From Defluviitaleaceae bacterium (GTDB taxonomy: Bacteria > Bacillota > Clostridia > Lachnospirales > WRAX01), in NCBI GenBank assembly GCA_009781625.1, contig WQVI01000002.1, positions 1-53,466 on the forward strand: a stretch of DNA of 53,466 nucleotides, written 5' to 3'. The translations under genes and the position numbers were made by a program. The number at the start of each line of letters is the position of its first letter. Positions within the stretch are counted from its first letter, which is position 1. Below are positions 28,585 through 38,491 of this stretch, piece after piece. A model generated the notes under the pieces. It was not told the DNA's origin, did no database searches, and saw only the letters and a list, made by a program, of their open reading frames with translations.

Positions 28585-30402
28585 ATGAAGAAGATAATCG
28601 CTGTAATTTTTATATTACTTACCGCCTTGCTTTTAGCGGCCTGCGATAACAGGCCCGCTGGTGCTGGTTATTTTGAGGCAGAGGCCAATGGCCTTGAGGC
28701 AGAATTTGAAAGAATACGTGAAAATTCTCAATTGCCAATGGGTTATGAATGGATAGAATTTGATTTAAATGGAGACGGGATAGACGAGCTGATATTAAGG
28801 CACGAGCGCGGCCGCATAGCGTCTATCTATGTCTTCGATTACGAAAGCCAAGAGGCCATACTTGTATACCATCATAATGCCGGCATAGCACGCGGCATGT
28901 TTATAAGTGAAAATGGCAATTTAATGCATCTTAACTTTTTCAATGGTTGGTTTAATTGGGTAAATTACACCCATTACAAATTTGACGATGAATGGAATTT
29001 GGTGCGGTTAAGCAACTTAAACGCAACACTTGTCTACGATATGTCCGAAATGCCGGAAGATTGGGCCGAAACAAATCCCGATATGGCAGAAGTTGGGATA
29101 TATTTTCACTATAACGGCGAAGCTGTATACAGAGACCAATTTTTAGAGATGTTTCAAGAGATGCTGGGCACCTCTTTTTACAATATGCTGCCAGAATGGT
29201 ATGATTGGTGGATTAATTTTGGTTCTCAAACCGCTTTGGCAACCACCTTTACCACCACCGCGCGCATACATGAAAATATGCCAGAATTTACATTTTTCCG
29301 CATTTTGGGCGATGGGTATGATGGTTGGCCTGACGACATCCCGGAGCCTGTGGATGTCACCATACGCATTGAAGATGAAGATGGCAACGTAATTCAAGTG
29401 ATATCAGGCCTAACCCAAAGCAACCAGTGGGATGTGATAGAGCATAACGAAATTTCATTTGATGATTATAATTTTGACGGATATCTGGACATGCGGCTGA
29501 TGCGCTGGCAGGATGGCGCGGGCGGCCTGCTTGCAAAAGAATATTTTTGGCTGTGGGATGCAACGGCCTCTCAATTTGTGTTAAACGAGCAGCTTGTTGA
29601 GATTGGCCATGCGGCGGGATTGACAGCCAACCAAGACACCCGCCAGATAATGGTTTTTAACCGCGCTGACGAGACAGGCAGCTTCTTTGAAATTTATGAA
29701 TATCGCAATGGCATCTACATCCTTGTCGCCCATGAGAGACATTCGTCTTGGCGTGAAGATGACAGATGGTACACAGAAATTATCCGCACGGATGAAGCAA
29801 CCGACGAGGCCATAATGATTATAATGGCTAATGGCGAAATAGTAAGGCAAGCACCCCTATGGCAGGTTAAATATACAGCGCTGCTACGCGAACATGTGGG
29901 GCAAAACTTTTACTTTATACTGCATGACATTGATGGCGATGGTATGCCCGAGCTGCTTATCTTTGAATTTATACGGGCGCGTAGCGAGAATAACACCTTC
30001 TACACATTTAGAAACGGTGAGATGGTGTCACTCGAAGCTTACGTGGGATTTTCGGCTGAATCCCTTTTCACAATTCCAGGTGAATATTCAGCAATTTTTA
30101 ATAATTTTACAACCATGTACAGCGAATACGTTATGCGTGTGACTATTGATGGCAATAATATCGTAATAACCCACGAGGGCTTCACTACCCCCAGCGAAGA
30201 GGGGCGAGAAATATCAAGAGATAAGGGGCTAGAACATATTTGGCGTGATATCCAATGGTATAGATTTGAAATTAACGGCGAGGCCGTCACCGCAGAAGAA
30301 TTTACAGATATATTTGGCTGGGATTGGAGCGAAAGGGCATGGCTTGAGCCCATCCTTATCACTGAAGAAAGCATATCCACTATGATAGGAGGTATACAAT
30401 GA
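28585..30402 (+). CDS. Lipoprotein with DxDGDG (FG-GAP/VCBS-like) motifs, hypothetical
   Basis: 605 aa. The lipobox reads LLAACDN. The motifs DLNGDGIDELIL and DIDGDGMPELLIF are present. Confidence 0.6.
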   Translation: MKKIIAVIFILLTALLLAACDNRPAGAGYFEAEANGLEAEFERIRENSQLPMGYEWIEFDLNGDGIDELILRHERGRIASIYVFDYESQEAILVYHHNAGIARGMFISENGNLMHLNFFNGWFNWVNYTHYKFDDEWNLVRLSNLNATLVYDMSEMPEDWAETNPDMAEVGIYFHYNGEAVYRDQFLEMFQEMLGTSFYNMLPEWYDWWINFGSQTALATTFTTTARIHENMPEFTFFRILGDGYDGWPDDIPEPVDVTIRIEDEDGNVIQVISGLTQSNQWDVIEHNEISFDDYNFDGYLDMRLMRWQDGAGGLLAKEYFWLWDATASQFVLNEQLVEIGHAAGLTANQDTRQIMVFNRADETGSFFEIYEYRNGIYILVAHERHSSWREDDRWYTEIIRTDEATDEAIMIIMANGEIVRQAPLWQVKYTALLREHVGQNFYFILHDIDGDGMPELLIFEFIRARSENNTFYTFRNGEMVSLEAYVGFSAESLFTIPGEYSAIFNNFTTMYSEYVMRVTIDGNNIVITHEGFTTPSEEGREISRDKGLEHIWRDIQWYRFEINGEAVTAEEFTDIFGWDWSERAWLEPILITEESISTMIGGIQ

Positions 30403-31049
30403 CCGCGATAAATGATAAAAACCGGCTTCAAACATTTGGCGAAGAGATAGGCAATTCTGTAAGCCATGGCGTTATGGCTTCTGTTGCGCTGGGCGGCATA
30501 GCACCTACGGCTATAAATGCCTTTGTGCGCGGCGGACCCTTGGCCGCCGTTAGCATGACCATCTTCATGTGTTCGTTATTTTTGATGTTTTTGTCGTCTG
30601 CGCTGTATCATAGCATGACTGTTGACACACGGCAACGGCAGGTAATGCAAATTCTTGACCATATCTTCATCTATGTGGCCATTGCGGGCACATATACACC
30701 TATTGCGCTGGTGGTTATTGGTGGCTGGCAGGGTGTTGTTGTCGCATCGTTACAGTGGGCAATGGTTATTTTTGGCATCTTGTATAAATCTATTGCAGGG
30801 CGTAAAATTCCCAAGGTTTCGCTTACCATCTATCTTGTTATGGGCTGGTCTATTGTGTTTGTGGCCCCTATGTTTCTTCGCAACGCTAGCCTTGGCTTGC
30901 AGCTACTAATCCTTGGCGGCGGCGTGTTTTATTCTGTTGGCACATATTTTTACGCAAAAAAAGGCAAAAGGTTTTTCCATATGGTTTGGCATTTTTTCGT
31001 AAATCTTGGTGCGGTGTGCCATTTCTTGGGCTTATTGCTGTTTTTATAA
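30399..31049 (+). CDS. Hemolysin III / PAQR-family membrane protein
   Basis: 216 aa with 7 TM. The family motifs are EEIGNSVSHG, SALYH and DHIFIYVAIAGTYTP. It forms an ATGA overlap with the upstream gene. Confidence 0.85.
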   Translation: MTAINDKNRLQTFGEEIGNSVSHGVMASVALGGIAPTAINAFVRGGPLAAVSMTIFMCSLFLMFLSSALYHSMTVDTRQRQVMQILDHIFIYVAIAGTYTPIALVVIGGWQGVVVASLQWAMVIFGILYKSIAGRKIPKVSLTIYLVMGWSIVFVAPMFLRNASLGLQLLILGGGVFYSVGTYFYAKKGKRFFHMVWHFFVNLGAVCHFLGLLLFL

Positions 31050-31242
31050 AATCATTAATAAGCCACATGACAGACATCGCAACCATACAAAACGGCGCAT
31101 GACGGGGAGCTTGCGCATCCCCGCCATGCGAAGCCGCCTTTAACGCTATACGCCGCGGGAACTTACGTTGGCGGCTTGGAAGAAGGCTTGTGGCCGCCCT
31201 GGCCGCCGACAGCCGAAGTTAAGAAGTTAAGATCATGCAAAA

Positions 31243-33504
31243 TTACACCACAATCAACACTCCAACTTGCTCTACCGTTCCCGTCAACATATTGACTATG
31301 TATACAAAATGCGGCCCTAACGACGAAACCACAGGCAATGTAAAGCTTTGAAGCGCGGGGTTAAAGTCGAAAGCAGGCACTGCTTGTGTAGTTTGAAGCA
31401 AATAGCTTGTATCGTTTATGGGCGTGAGGCTTAGGTAAACCTCATAGTTAAAATCACTAGGGAAATTGCTAACAAGCACAGTGCCACCTATTGATGCCGA
31501 GGTTGTTATCAAAGAAGGGGTTGTAGATGGGGCCTGCGTGGGCGTTATATGCGCGGCATTAGGATAAGGCTCATGGAAAGGTAATGTTCCCACAATCTCT
31601 ACATACAACCTTCTGCCATCTGGCGGCAGGGTTTCAGCCAATGTTATAACATAATAGCCGCCGGGGCTGTGAGAGCTTACGGAAGATACATTTATGCGGT
31701 CGGACGGGTTTAGCACATCGCCAAAATGAACAAGGAAATTGCTCGCAGCAATAGCTCCAAGGTCATGGGTGTAAACATGCACTTGGTTAAAAGGCCCTTC
31801 TATCTCCCTAAGTGTAAACTGACTTGCCTGTAATTTGCCGGTGGCATCAAAAATTATGCTGAAAACAACTTGGCTTGATGTGAAAATATCATTTTGCAAA
31901 TTTGTTCTATCATGCCATACATTACCCACAGTTGCAACATGAACAGATGGATTTGGCCCAAAATGCCTTCCAACAAGAGGCGTTAGGGTTATTTCAGCGA
32001 TATACACTGTGTTTGCGGCAAATATATTACCGGCAAGCACGTTTCCGCCTGCCTCAAGCCATCTTACAGCCCCTGTAAAGCCATTGCCCACAACACTCCA
32101 TTGCGCATTGCCCGTAAGATTTCCAGGCAAAAGATGCGCAGGCAAAAGGTTTGGCGGCATAATTTCAAATTGTATGATGTCTATACGGTTAGGGTCAGGG
32201 GGTTGCGGCAGCTGGCTACCCGGGCCGGGTGTTGGGCTTGGCGCAGGGCTTGGCGCAGGGCTTGGACTTGGCCCGGGCACCGTTATAATAGTTGGCGGCG
32301 GGGCATGTGGCACATTAATGGTTGGGAAGTCCGCACGAAAATCTGTAAAAGATTCAGATAATGTAACATCCAAGCTTAATTCAAGGTTTTCAAAGTTACG
32401 CAGGAAAAGGGCTTCCAAAAAGGCCTTTAGCTCATCTGTGAGGCCCGTTTCAGGGCTGCTGGGGTCAATAATTATCACAAAATATTCATCGGATACGTTG
32501 ATATATTCTATCTCACCCGTGCCTACCAAAATCATATTACCTGCGGAGTAAAAGCTGTTTATCTCGCCGCTTACAAAGATAATTTCATTGTGCAAGCTGC
32601 TTTTGACGCTATCAAAACTTCCGGATAGCCTCGCATTTGGGCTATCTATTTGGATATTTGGAAGCGGGGCGCCATAGGCCAGCAAAGATGTGTTAGCGGC
32701 ACCCAAGCCATAAAAACTGATGATGTCAACATATGTAGCATTTATGAGATTGGCCATTCCGTCACCCAAAAAGCGCACATTCCTCACAGAGCTGTTGTTT
32801 AACGTAAGGTTAACCAAACCTTCAGATGCTTTCGCAACTATAATTTCATCTGCAATATCCACATTATTAAAAAGGATACGCCCACCGCGGCCCGAAGCTA
32901 TTGCAATGCTTCCGGGCCCTTCTACATTTGTCACAAGCATATCAAAGCCTGCACGAGAGGGATTTATAACCATATACCCTTGCAGATATATTTCCGACAA
33001 ATTGACGGTTGTTTCATCTGCGATGTAAATTTGTATAAAGGAATTTAGAAATATCGCAAGCTGAGAAAAAGTGATGAAACCGCTTTCGTATGCAAAGCTA
33101 TCTTTGCCAAAGGCTTCGGATATTATAGAATAAGCCTCATGGCGGCGTATGTACATATGCCCAGAATTAAAGATATACTTTTCATCTACGGGATACCGCA
33201 AAAGACCATCCATAATTTCGGCAAATTGGCTGTAAGTTATATAAACATCAAAATCGCTTTCATCAATTGCAGGGAAAACACCATGCCCAACCCATCTGGC
33301 AATGGCTTCAAGAGGCGTACATTCGGCACTTAAAGTGTCAATTATGCTATGTGTATTATGTACGCCATAGGCTTCGTAATGGCCTTCGCCATATTCAAAA
33401 ACATCATCATCGCTTTGCGCATATAGCAAAGCAGCCCCAAAAGTAACCGCAATTACAGTAAAACATAAAATAGCAAGATATCTTAAATGCCTCTTCTTAA
33501 ACAT
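31243..33504 (-). CDS. Large secreted / cell-surface protein with Pro-rich linker
   Basis: 753 aa. It has a signal peptide, a central PPPTIITVPGPSPSPAPSPAPSPTPGPG linker and beta-rich flanks. No catalytic motif recognised. Confidence 0.6.
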   Translation of the reverse strand: MFKKRHLRYLAILCFTVIAVTFGAALLYAQSDDDVFEYGEGHYEAYGVHNTHSIIDTLSAECTPLEAIARWVGHGVFPAIDESDFDVYITYSQFAEIMDGLLRYPVDEKYIFNSGHMYIRRHEAYSIISEAFGKDSFAYESGFITFSQLAIFLNSFIQIYIADETTVNLSEIYLQGYMVINPSRAGFDMLVTNVEGPGSIAIASGRGGRILFNNVDIADEIIVAKASEGLVNLTLNNSSVRNVRFLGDGMANLINATYVDIISFYGLGAANTSLLAYGAPLPNIQIDSPNARLSGSFDSVKSSLHNEIIFVSGEINSFYSAGNMILVGTGEIEYINVSDEYFVIIIDPSSPETGLTDELKAFLEALFLRNFENLELSLDVTLSESFTDFRADFPTINVPHAPPPTIITVPGPSPSPAPSPAPSPTPGPGSQLPQPPDPNRIDIIQFEIMPPNLLPAHLLPGNLTGNAQWSVVGNGFTGAVRWLEAGGNVLAGNIFAANTVYIAEITLTPLVGRHFGPNPSVHVATVGNVWHDRTNLQNDIFTSSQVVFSIIFDATGKLQASQFTLREIEGPFNQVHVYTHDLGAIAASNFLVHFGDVLNPSDRINVSSVSSHSPGGYYVITLAETLPPDGRRLYVEIVGTLPFHEPYPNAAHITPTQAPSTTPSLITTSASIGGTVLVSNFPSDFNYEVYLSLTPINDTSYLLQTTQAVPAFDFNPALQSFTLPVVSSLGPHFVYIVNMLTGTVEQVGVLIVV

Positions 33505-33696
33505 TTGTCATCTCCCTTTCATGCATAATATCCACCTTGGATGCTTGAATGTATTGTCGTTTTTTATATTTTTTTATAGTATACTAACAGATTATATCAA
33601 ATTGTATCTCTTATTGTCAACACTTTTTGTCAAATTATATGACAAATTGCCAAATCTTTTCCTTCCCGCAGTTTTAAAAGAAATACAAATTACCTA

Positions 33697-33724
33697 TTGA
33701 CAAATAAAATTATATCTGTATAAT
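33697..33724 (+). promoter_or_regulatory. Putative sigma-A promoter of padR-like gene
   Basis: TTGACA (33697-33702), 16 nt, TATAAT (33719-33724). Upstream TGTCAA/TTGACA-type repeats are candidate operators. Confidence 0.45.
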
Positions 33725-33764
33725 ATATCTTATAGACATATTAAAAAGAGAGGAGACGACCATA

Positions 33765-34313
33765 ATGTTTAACTTTGTTGTCATCGGAATGGTCCTGCAT
33801 CAGCCATTAACGGGATACGACATCAAAAAGTACGTAGATATAAGCATCGGCAATTTTTTCAAAGCAAGCCATGGGCAGCTATACCCCGCCTTAAAAAAAC
33901 TCACCGACAAAAATTATTTAACTATGGAAGAGCAGTCCCAGGGTGGCAGGATAAAGAAATACTATCATGCAACAAAGCTTGGCAAAGATGCATTTATGGA
34001 TTGGCTTTCTGCGCCTACAGATTTTAATTCCAGCTCTGATACCATAATGGTAAAAATATTCTTTTTTGGCGAGCTGCCCGACGAAATACGCCGCCAACGG
34101 CTTTACGAATGCGAGCTTTTTGTACAACAAAACCTGCACAAACTTCGCGAAATTGAAGAGCAGTTTGCCCATTCAATTGAAAGCGACAGAGATTATTTTG
34201 AAATAGCCACACTTTATTACGGCATCCAAAATAACCTAAGCACCCTCAGGTGGCTTAGGCACATCAAAGAAAAGAAGCCCTATTCTGGGTTTATCCAGAA
34301 AGAGGACAAATAA
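33765..34313 (+). CDS. PadR-family transcriptional regulator
   Basis: The winged-HTH pattern reads LTGYDIKKYVD.SIGNFFKASHGQLYPALKKLTDKNYL, followed by a C-terminal dimerisation helix region. Confidence 0.8.
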   Translation: MFNFVVIGMVLHQPLTGYDIKKYVDISIGNFFKASHGQLYPALKKLTDKNYLTMEEQSQGGRIKKYYHATKLGKDAFMDWLSAPTDFNSSSDTIMVKIFFFGELPDEIRRQRLYECELFVQQNLHKLREIEEQFAHSIESDRDYFEIATLYYGIQNNLSTLRWLRHIKEKKPYSGFIQKEDK

Positions 34314-34334
34314 AAAATTCTAGGGGGTAACAAA

Positions 34335-35024
34335 ATGAAAGTTTTAGTAGTTAACGGTTCGCCAAAGGGCGAAAAAAGCGCGACAATACACCTAACCCGC
34401 GCATTTTTAGAAGGCGCAGGCTGGACAGATGCAGAAGTTATTGACATATCAAAATCTAATGTCAAAGGCTGTAACGGCTGCTATTCCTGCTGGGAAAAAA
34501 CACCGGGCAAATGCGTGATAAATGACGATATGACAGGGTTTTTGCCAAAGCTTATTGAAGCCGATGTGGTTATAACATCTTTCCCGCTATATGGCTGCTT
34601 TTTTCCGGGACAGTTAAAATGCTTTATGGACAGAATGCTGCCCATAGCCCTGCCATTTATGGACAAAGACGCCGAAAACGGCGGCCATCCATTGCGCCAC
34701 GACCTTTCCAAGCAACGCCAGTTTTACATCTCCACCTGCGGCTTTTGGACAGCAGATGGAAATTACGATAGCATCATCAAGCTATTTGAACGTGGAAATG
34801 TTGATATTAATCACAAAGCCTTCACCATCTTCTGCGGCCAAGGCGGCCTCTTCGGCGAAGCGGAAGCTGACGAATACACAAAACCTTATCTCGACACTGT
34901 CCGCAAAGCAGGCAGCGAATTTGCCGCCGGAGAAATAAGCGAGGAAACGCAGACGCTTCTCTCACAAACCATTTTGCCAAGAGAGGTATACGAAAAGGCA
35001 GCGGACGAATCCTGGGATGTATAG
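34335..35024 (+). CDS. Flavodoxin-like fold / iron-sulfur flavoprotein family oxidoreductase
   Basis: It has MKVLVVNGSPKGEKSAT and a CNGCYSCW cluster. It is a paralogue type of the 26607 gene and lies downstream of PadR. Confidence 0.7.
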   Translation: MKVLVVNGSPKGEKSATIHLTRAFLEGAGWTDAEVIDISKSNVKGCNGCYSCWEKTPGKCVINDDMTGFLPKLIEADVVITSFPLYGCFFPGQLKCFMDRMLPIALPFMDKDAENGGHPLRHDLSKQRQFYISTCGFWTADGNYDSIIKLFERGNVDINHKAFTIFCGQGGLFGEAEADEYTKPYLDTVRKAGSEFAAGEISEETQTLLSQTILPREVYEKAADESWDV

Positions 35025-35033
35025 CCATTACAG

Positions 35034-35067
35034 AAAAACAGGCTTGCCGAGCAATCGGCAAGCCTGT
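35034..35067 (-). terminator. Intrinsic terminator of hisS-aspS (possibly bidirectional)
   Basis: The 12-bp stem ACAGGCTTGCCG-AGCAAT-CGGCAAGCCTGT sits between convergent genes. The minus strand has TTTTTC after the stem. Confidence 0.65.
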
Positions 35068-35072
35068 GTTGT

Positions 35073-36848
35073 CTATTTATCAAATTTAATTTTTAGCTCC
35101 GCCAATTGCTCCGGAAAAACTTCGTTTGGCGCGCCCGTCATAGGACACGCGCCGTCCTGCTGTTTTGGAAACGCAATAACATCGCGGATATTTGCTGTGC
35201 CGCACAGCAACATAACCAACCTGTCCAGCCCAAACGCTATACCGCCATGGGGCGGTGCGCCAAATTTCAGGGCTTCCATAAGGTGGCCAAAGTTTGCATG
35301 GGCACGCTCCGCAGAATATCCAAGAATTTCAAACAGCTTTTGCTGCATATCTTGACGATGGATACGGATAGAACCCCCCGCGGTTTCATAGCCATTGATG
35401 ATAAGGTCGTGAGTTTTGCTGCGTGTCTTTTCGGGGGCAGCATCCAGCAGATGAAAATCCTCATCCATAGGCGCTGTGAAAGGATGATGAACCGCATAAA
35501 AACGGTTGTCATCCTCATCCCAGATAAGCAGCGGAAATTCCACAACCCACAGGGGCTTGAAAACATCAGGGCTTGCCAAATCTTCGCGTCGGGCAATTTC
35601 ACAGCGTAGGTTGCCCAGCGCGTCAAACACTACGTCGTTTTTATCAGCGCAAAACAGCAGCAAATCACCATTTTTGCCGCCCATGGCGGTGATAATTTCT
35701 TGCAGCTTGTCTTCATCAAAAAACTTCGATATGGTGGTTTTCATCTCACCGCCGTCGGTTAGCTGAATCCACGCCAAGCCCTTGGCCCTGTAGGTTTTAA
35801 CATATTCTATCAAACTGTCAATTTGCTTGCGGCTATATTTTCCACAACCTTTTGCGTTTATACCACGTACACTGCCACCAGCATCCAAAGCACCTTGGAA
35901 AACAGCAAATTCAGACCCCGCAACGGTGTCGCTAATGTCCACAAGCTCCATGCCAAAGCGCAAATCCGGTTTGTCGCTGCCAAAACGCTCCATAGCCTCT
36001 TTGTGCGGCATACGCTGAAAAGGCGTTTTAAGCGTCACGCCGATGGTGTCTTTAAATACCTGCGCCACAAGGCCTTCCGTCAGCGTAAATATGTCTTCTT
36101 GGTCTATAAAAGCCTGCTCTATATCAATTTGCGTAAATTCCGGCTGGCGGTCTGCCCGCAAATCTTCATCGCGAAAACATTTTGTAATTTGGAAATATTT
36201 ATCAAAGCCGCCAACCATCAAAATTTGCTTTAAAATTTGCGGCGACTGGGGCAAGGCATAAAACTGCCCAGGATGCACACGGCTAGGCACAAGATAGTCC
36301 CGCGCGCCTTCGGGGGAAGAATTTGTAAGGATAGGCGTTTCTATCTCCGTAAAGCCCTGCTGTGACAGGAAATTGCGTGTGGACAAGGCCGCGGCATGGC
36401 GCAAACGCAAATTTTGCTGCAATTTATCACGGCGCAAATCCAGATAGCGATACTTTAATCGCAACGCGTCCGACACATTTTCATCACCAACCTGGAAGGG
36501 CGGCACTTCCGATGCGGACAAGATAACCAAATCTGTTGCCATAATTTCAATTTTGCCCGTGGCCATCTCAGCATTTATATCCTTTTCGCGGCGCAGGGCC
36601 ACGCGGCCCGTTATAGCCGCCACATATTCGCTTTTTAGGCTCTCGGCCTTTTCAAAAAGCTCGGTAGGTGTATTTTCATCAAAAGCAATTTGCACAAGGC
36701 CTGTATGGTCGCGCAAGGTAACGAAAATAAGCTGGCCCAGCCTGCGCACGCGGTTAACCCAACCCATGGCTACAACAGTTTGTTCTGCCAGCACCTCTGT
36801 AATTTCGCCGCAATAGTGGGTACGTCTATATTTCCCTAAATTTTCCAT
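35073..36848 (-). CDS. aspS: Aspartate--tRNA ligase
   Basis: 591 aa, class IIb. It has the FVTLRD OB-fold, motif 2 (FRDEDLRADRQPEFTQID) and motif 3 (GIAFGLDRL). Confidence 0.95.
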   Translation of the reverse strand: MENLGKYRRTHYCGEITEVLAEQTVVAMGWVNRVRRLGQLIFVTLRDHTGLVQIAFDENTPTELFEKAESLKSEYVAAITGRVALRREKDINAEMATGKIEIMATDLVILSASEVPPFQVGDENVSDALRLKYRYLDLRRDKLQQNLRLRHAAALSTRNFLSQQGFTEIETPILTNSSPEGARDYLVPSRVHPGQFYALPQSPQILKQILMVGGFDKYFQITKCFRDEDLRADRQPEFTQIDIEQAFIDQEDIFTLTEGLVAQVFKDTIGVTLKTPFQRMPHKEAMERFGSDKPDLRFGMELVDISDTVAGSEFAVFQGALDAGGSVRGINAKGCGKYSRKQIDSLIEYVKTYRAKGLAWIQLTDGGEMKTTISKFFDEDKLQEIITAMGGKNGDLLLFCADKNDVVFDALGNLRCEIARREDLASPDVFKPLWVVEFPLLIWDEDDNRFYAVHHPFTAPMDEDFHLLDAAPEKTRSKTHDLIINGYETAGGSIRIHRQDMQQKLFEILGYSAERAHANFGHLMEALKFGAPPHGGIAFGLDRLVMLLCGTANIRDVIAFPKQQDGACPMTGAPNEVFPEQLAELKIKFDK

Positions 36849-38089
36849 TATAATTTCCTCCCAAAAAATTCTGTGATGGCGTCAATCTCAATTTCCGTGG
36901 CTTCGCCGCTTTGCATATCCTTTATTGTAGCGCGGCCGCTTTCAAGCTCTGCCTCGCCAATAACCATCGAAAATTTCGCACCAAGCTTGTCCGCATATTT
37001 CAGCTGAGCCTTGACAGAGCGGCCATTAAGGTCGTTTATAGCAGAAATACCTTTTTTGCGCAATTCATAGGTTAACTGCGTGGCCTTTGCAACACCAACA
37101 TCACCCATGCCGCCAACAAAAACAGTAATATCACGCGAAATTAGCGGCAATTTGCCTTGCGCCTCTAAAATAAGGATAAGCCTTTCGATGCCCATGCCAA
37201 AGCCAACGGCACCGCCTTCCACCAGCACGTCATATCGCCCGCCGCCACCTACCGTGGACTGCGCCCCAAGGTCAGTTGACATAAATTCAAAAACGGTACG
37301 GTTGTAATAATCCAACCCGCGCACAAGGCCCTTGTCGATGACGAAGGGGATGCCCAATTTCGTCAAATGCTGCTGTAATTGCTCAAAATGCTCTGCACAT
37401 TCATCAGAAATGCAGTCCAGCGGCACAGGTGCGTCTTTTATCAATTCTTTACAGTTGTCATTTTTGCAATCCAGCACCCGCATAGGATTTTTTTCCATAC
37501 GCTCGCGACAAAGCGCGCAAAGGCCATCAACCCTTTCGGCCAAAAAGCCCAAAAGTGCCGTGTTAAAGCGTTTGCGGCAATCCTTATCGCCGATAGAATT
37601 TATATGAAGGGTGAGATTTTCTATGCCAAGATTTCCCAAGAAGAGATGAAGCACGGAAATAAGCTCCGCATCAGCGGCAGACGATATGCTGCCAAAAAAT
37701 TCTGCACCAAATTGATGATGCTGGCGCAAACGGCCCTTTTGCGGACGCTCTGCCCTAAAATTGGGCGCAATATAGTAAAACTTCGCAGGCGCAGGCAGAT
37801 TGTGCAGCGAATTTTCGGCATAAGCCCGCACGGCAGGCGCGGTGCCCTCAGGACGCAAAGCATATGTGCGGCCACCTTGATCCGTAAAAGTATACATCTC
37901 CTTCTGCACAATGTCCGTCGCCTCGCCCACACTGCGCACAAAAAGCTCAACATTTTCAAACATAGGTGTGCGCATCTCTTCCAACGCGAAAAGGGCGGCG
38001 GTTTGGTGTATTTCGTTTTCAATATATCTCCACAAAGCAGCATCTGCACCAAAAGTATCCGCAGTGCCCTTGGGTTTTGTGATATTCAT
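36848..38089 (-). CDS. hisS: Histidine--tRNA ligase
   Basis: 413 aa. It has the GT.D motif, motif 2 (FRAERPQKGRLRQHHQFGAE) and GGGRYD. Its stop overlaps the aspS start by 1 nt. Confidence 0.95.
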   Translation of the reverse strand: MNITKPKGTADTFGADAALWRYIENEIHQTAALFALEEMRTPMFENVELFVRSVGEATDIVQKEMYTFTDQGGRTYALRPEGTAPAVRAYAENSLHNLPAPAKFYYIAPNFRAERPQKGRLRQHHQFGAEFFGSISSAADAELISVLHLFLGNLGIENLTLHINSIGDKDCRKRFNTALLGFLAERVDGLCALCRERMEKNPMRVLDCKNDNCKELIKDAPVPLDCISDECAEHFEQLQQHLTKLGIPFVIDKGLVRGLDYYNRTVFEFMSTDLGAQSTVGGGGRYDVLVEGGAVGFGMGIERLILILEAQGKLPLISRDITVFVGGMGDVGVAKATQLTYELRKKGISAINDLNGRSVKAQLKYADKLGAKFSMVIGEAELESGRATIKDMQSGEATEIEIDAITEFFGRKL

Positions 38090-38115
38090 AAGCCAGCCTC
38101 CAATCTTTTCGGATT

Positions 38116-38144
38116 ATAATAGCACAGATTGCAGCCTTTTGCAA
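38116..38144 (-). promoter_or_regulatory. Putative hisS promoter (short leader, no T-box)
   Basis: The minus strand reads TTGCAA, 17 nt, TATTAT with TGc upstream. This leaves only ~20-25 nt of leader containing GGAGG. Confidence 0.4.
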
Positions 38145-38158
38145 GCCAAGGTTGCCTA

Positions 38159-38188
38159 TTGCAAACCTCATGTCGAATATGATAAAAT
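38159..38188 (+). promoter_or_regulatory. Putative promoter of the small hydrophobic-peptide gene
   Basis: TTGCAA (38159-38164), 18 nt, TAAAAT (38183-38188), preceded by TGa (extended -10). Confidence 0.4.
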
Positions 38189-38269
38189 ATTGTTGTGTGT
38201 TCTGCATAGGGCGGCATGGTTTCACACCTGAAAGGGGGTTGTATAAACTTTCTGGAAGGAGGTGATAAC

Positions 38270-38395
38270 ATGACAGTTTATAATTTATTCTATTTGATAT
38301 GCATAGCTATTATGGTAATAGGCTCTATTGCCCAAATAGCTGAATACATAGAAAAGAAGATAAAAAATAAACACCGCCACCCGGACAAGGACTAG
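38270..38395 (+). CDS. 41-aa hydrophobic peptide, type I toxin-like
   Basis: GGAGGTGATAAC precedes the ATG. The translation is MTVYNLFYLICIAIMVIGSIAQIAEYIEKKIKNKHRHPDKD, one TM helix followed by a Lys/His-rich tail. It is below the ORF-track cutoff. Confidence 0.5.
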   Translation: MTVYNLFYLICIAIMVIGSIAQIAEYIEKKIKNKHRHPDKD

Positions 38396-38485
38396 CGGTG
38401 TTTGCTACAATTTGAAACCCGTGAAACCATGCCGTTTAAGCAGGGCACGTACTTAGAGGGTGTTGACGCACCCTCTATTTTATTT
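38362..38485 (-). ncRNA. Candidate antisense sRNA (type I antitoxin-like)
   Basis: It is bounded by a consensus minus-strand promoter (38492-38520) and a minus-strand terminator (AAACACCGC...GCGGTGTTT then ATTTTTT, 38360-38403). It would be fully complementary to the peptide mRNA 3' UTR and to the last ~34 nt of its CDS. Confidence 0.4.
38454..38484 (+). terminator. Intrinsic terminator of the peptide mRNA
   Basis: TAGAGGGTG-TTGACG-CACCCTCTA followed by TTTTATTT. Confidence 0.6.
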
Positions 38486-38491
38486 ACATCT

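Noticed and set aside
37379-38119. 246-aa plus-strand ORF and the 143-aa minus-strand ORF at 37621-38052
   Set aside because: They are shadow or alternate-frame ORFs within hisS, with Arg/Cys-rich unnatural composition.
38090-38270. T-box leader upstream of hisS (also looked upstream of proS at 7330-7422 and gltX at 3336-3447)
   Set aside because: I could not find the T-box consensus (GGGTGGTACCGCG-like) or a terminator/antiterminator pair. Plausible promoters leave leaders of only ~20-30 nt. The GTGAAACCATGCCG string that first looked T-box-like is explained better as the 5'/3' UTR pairing of the small-peptide mRNA.
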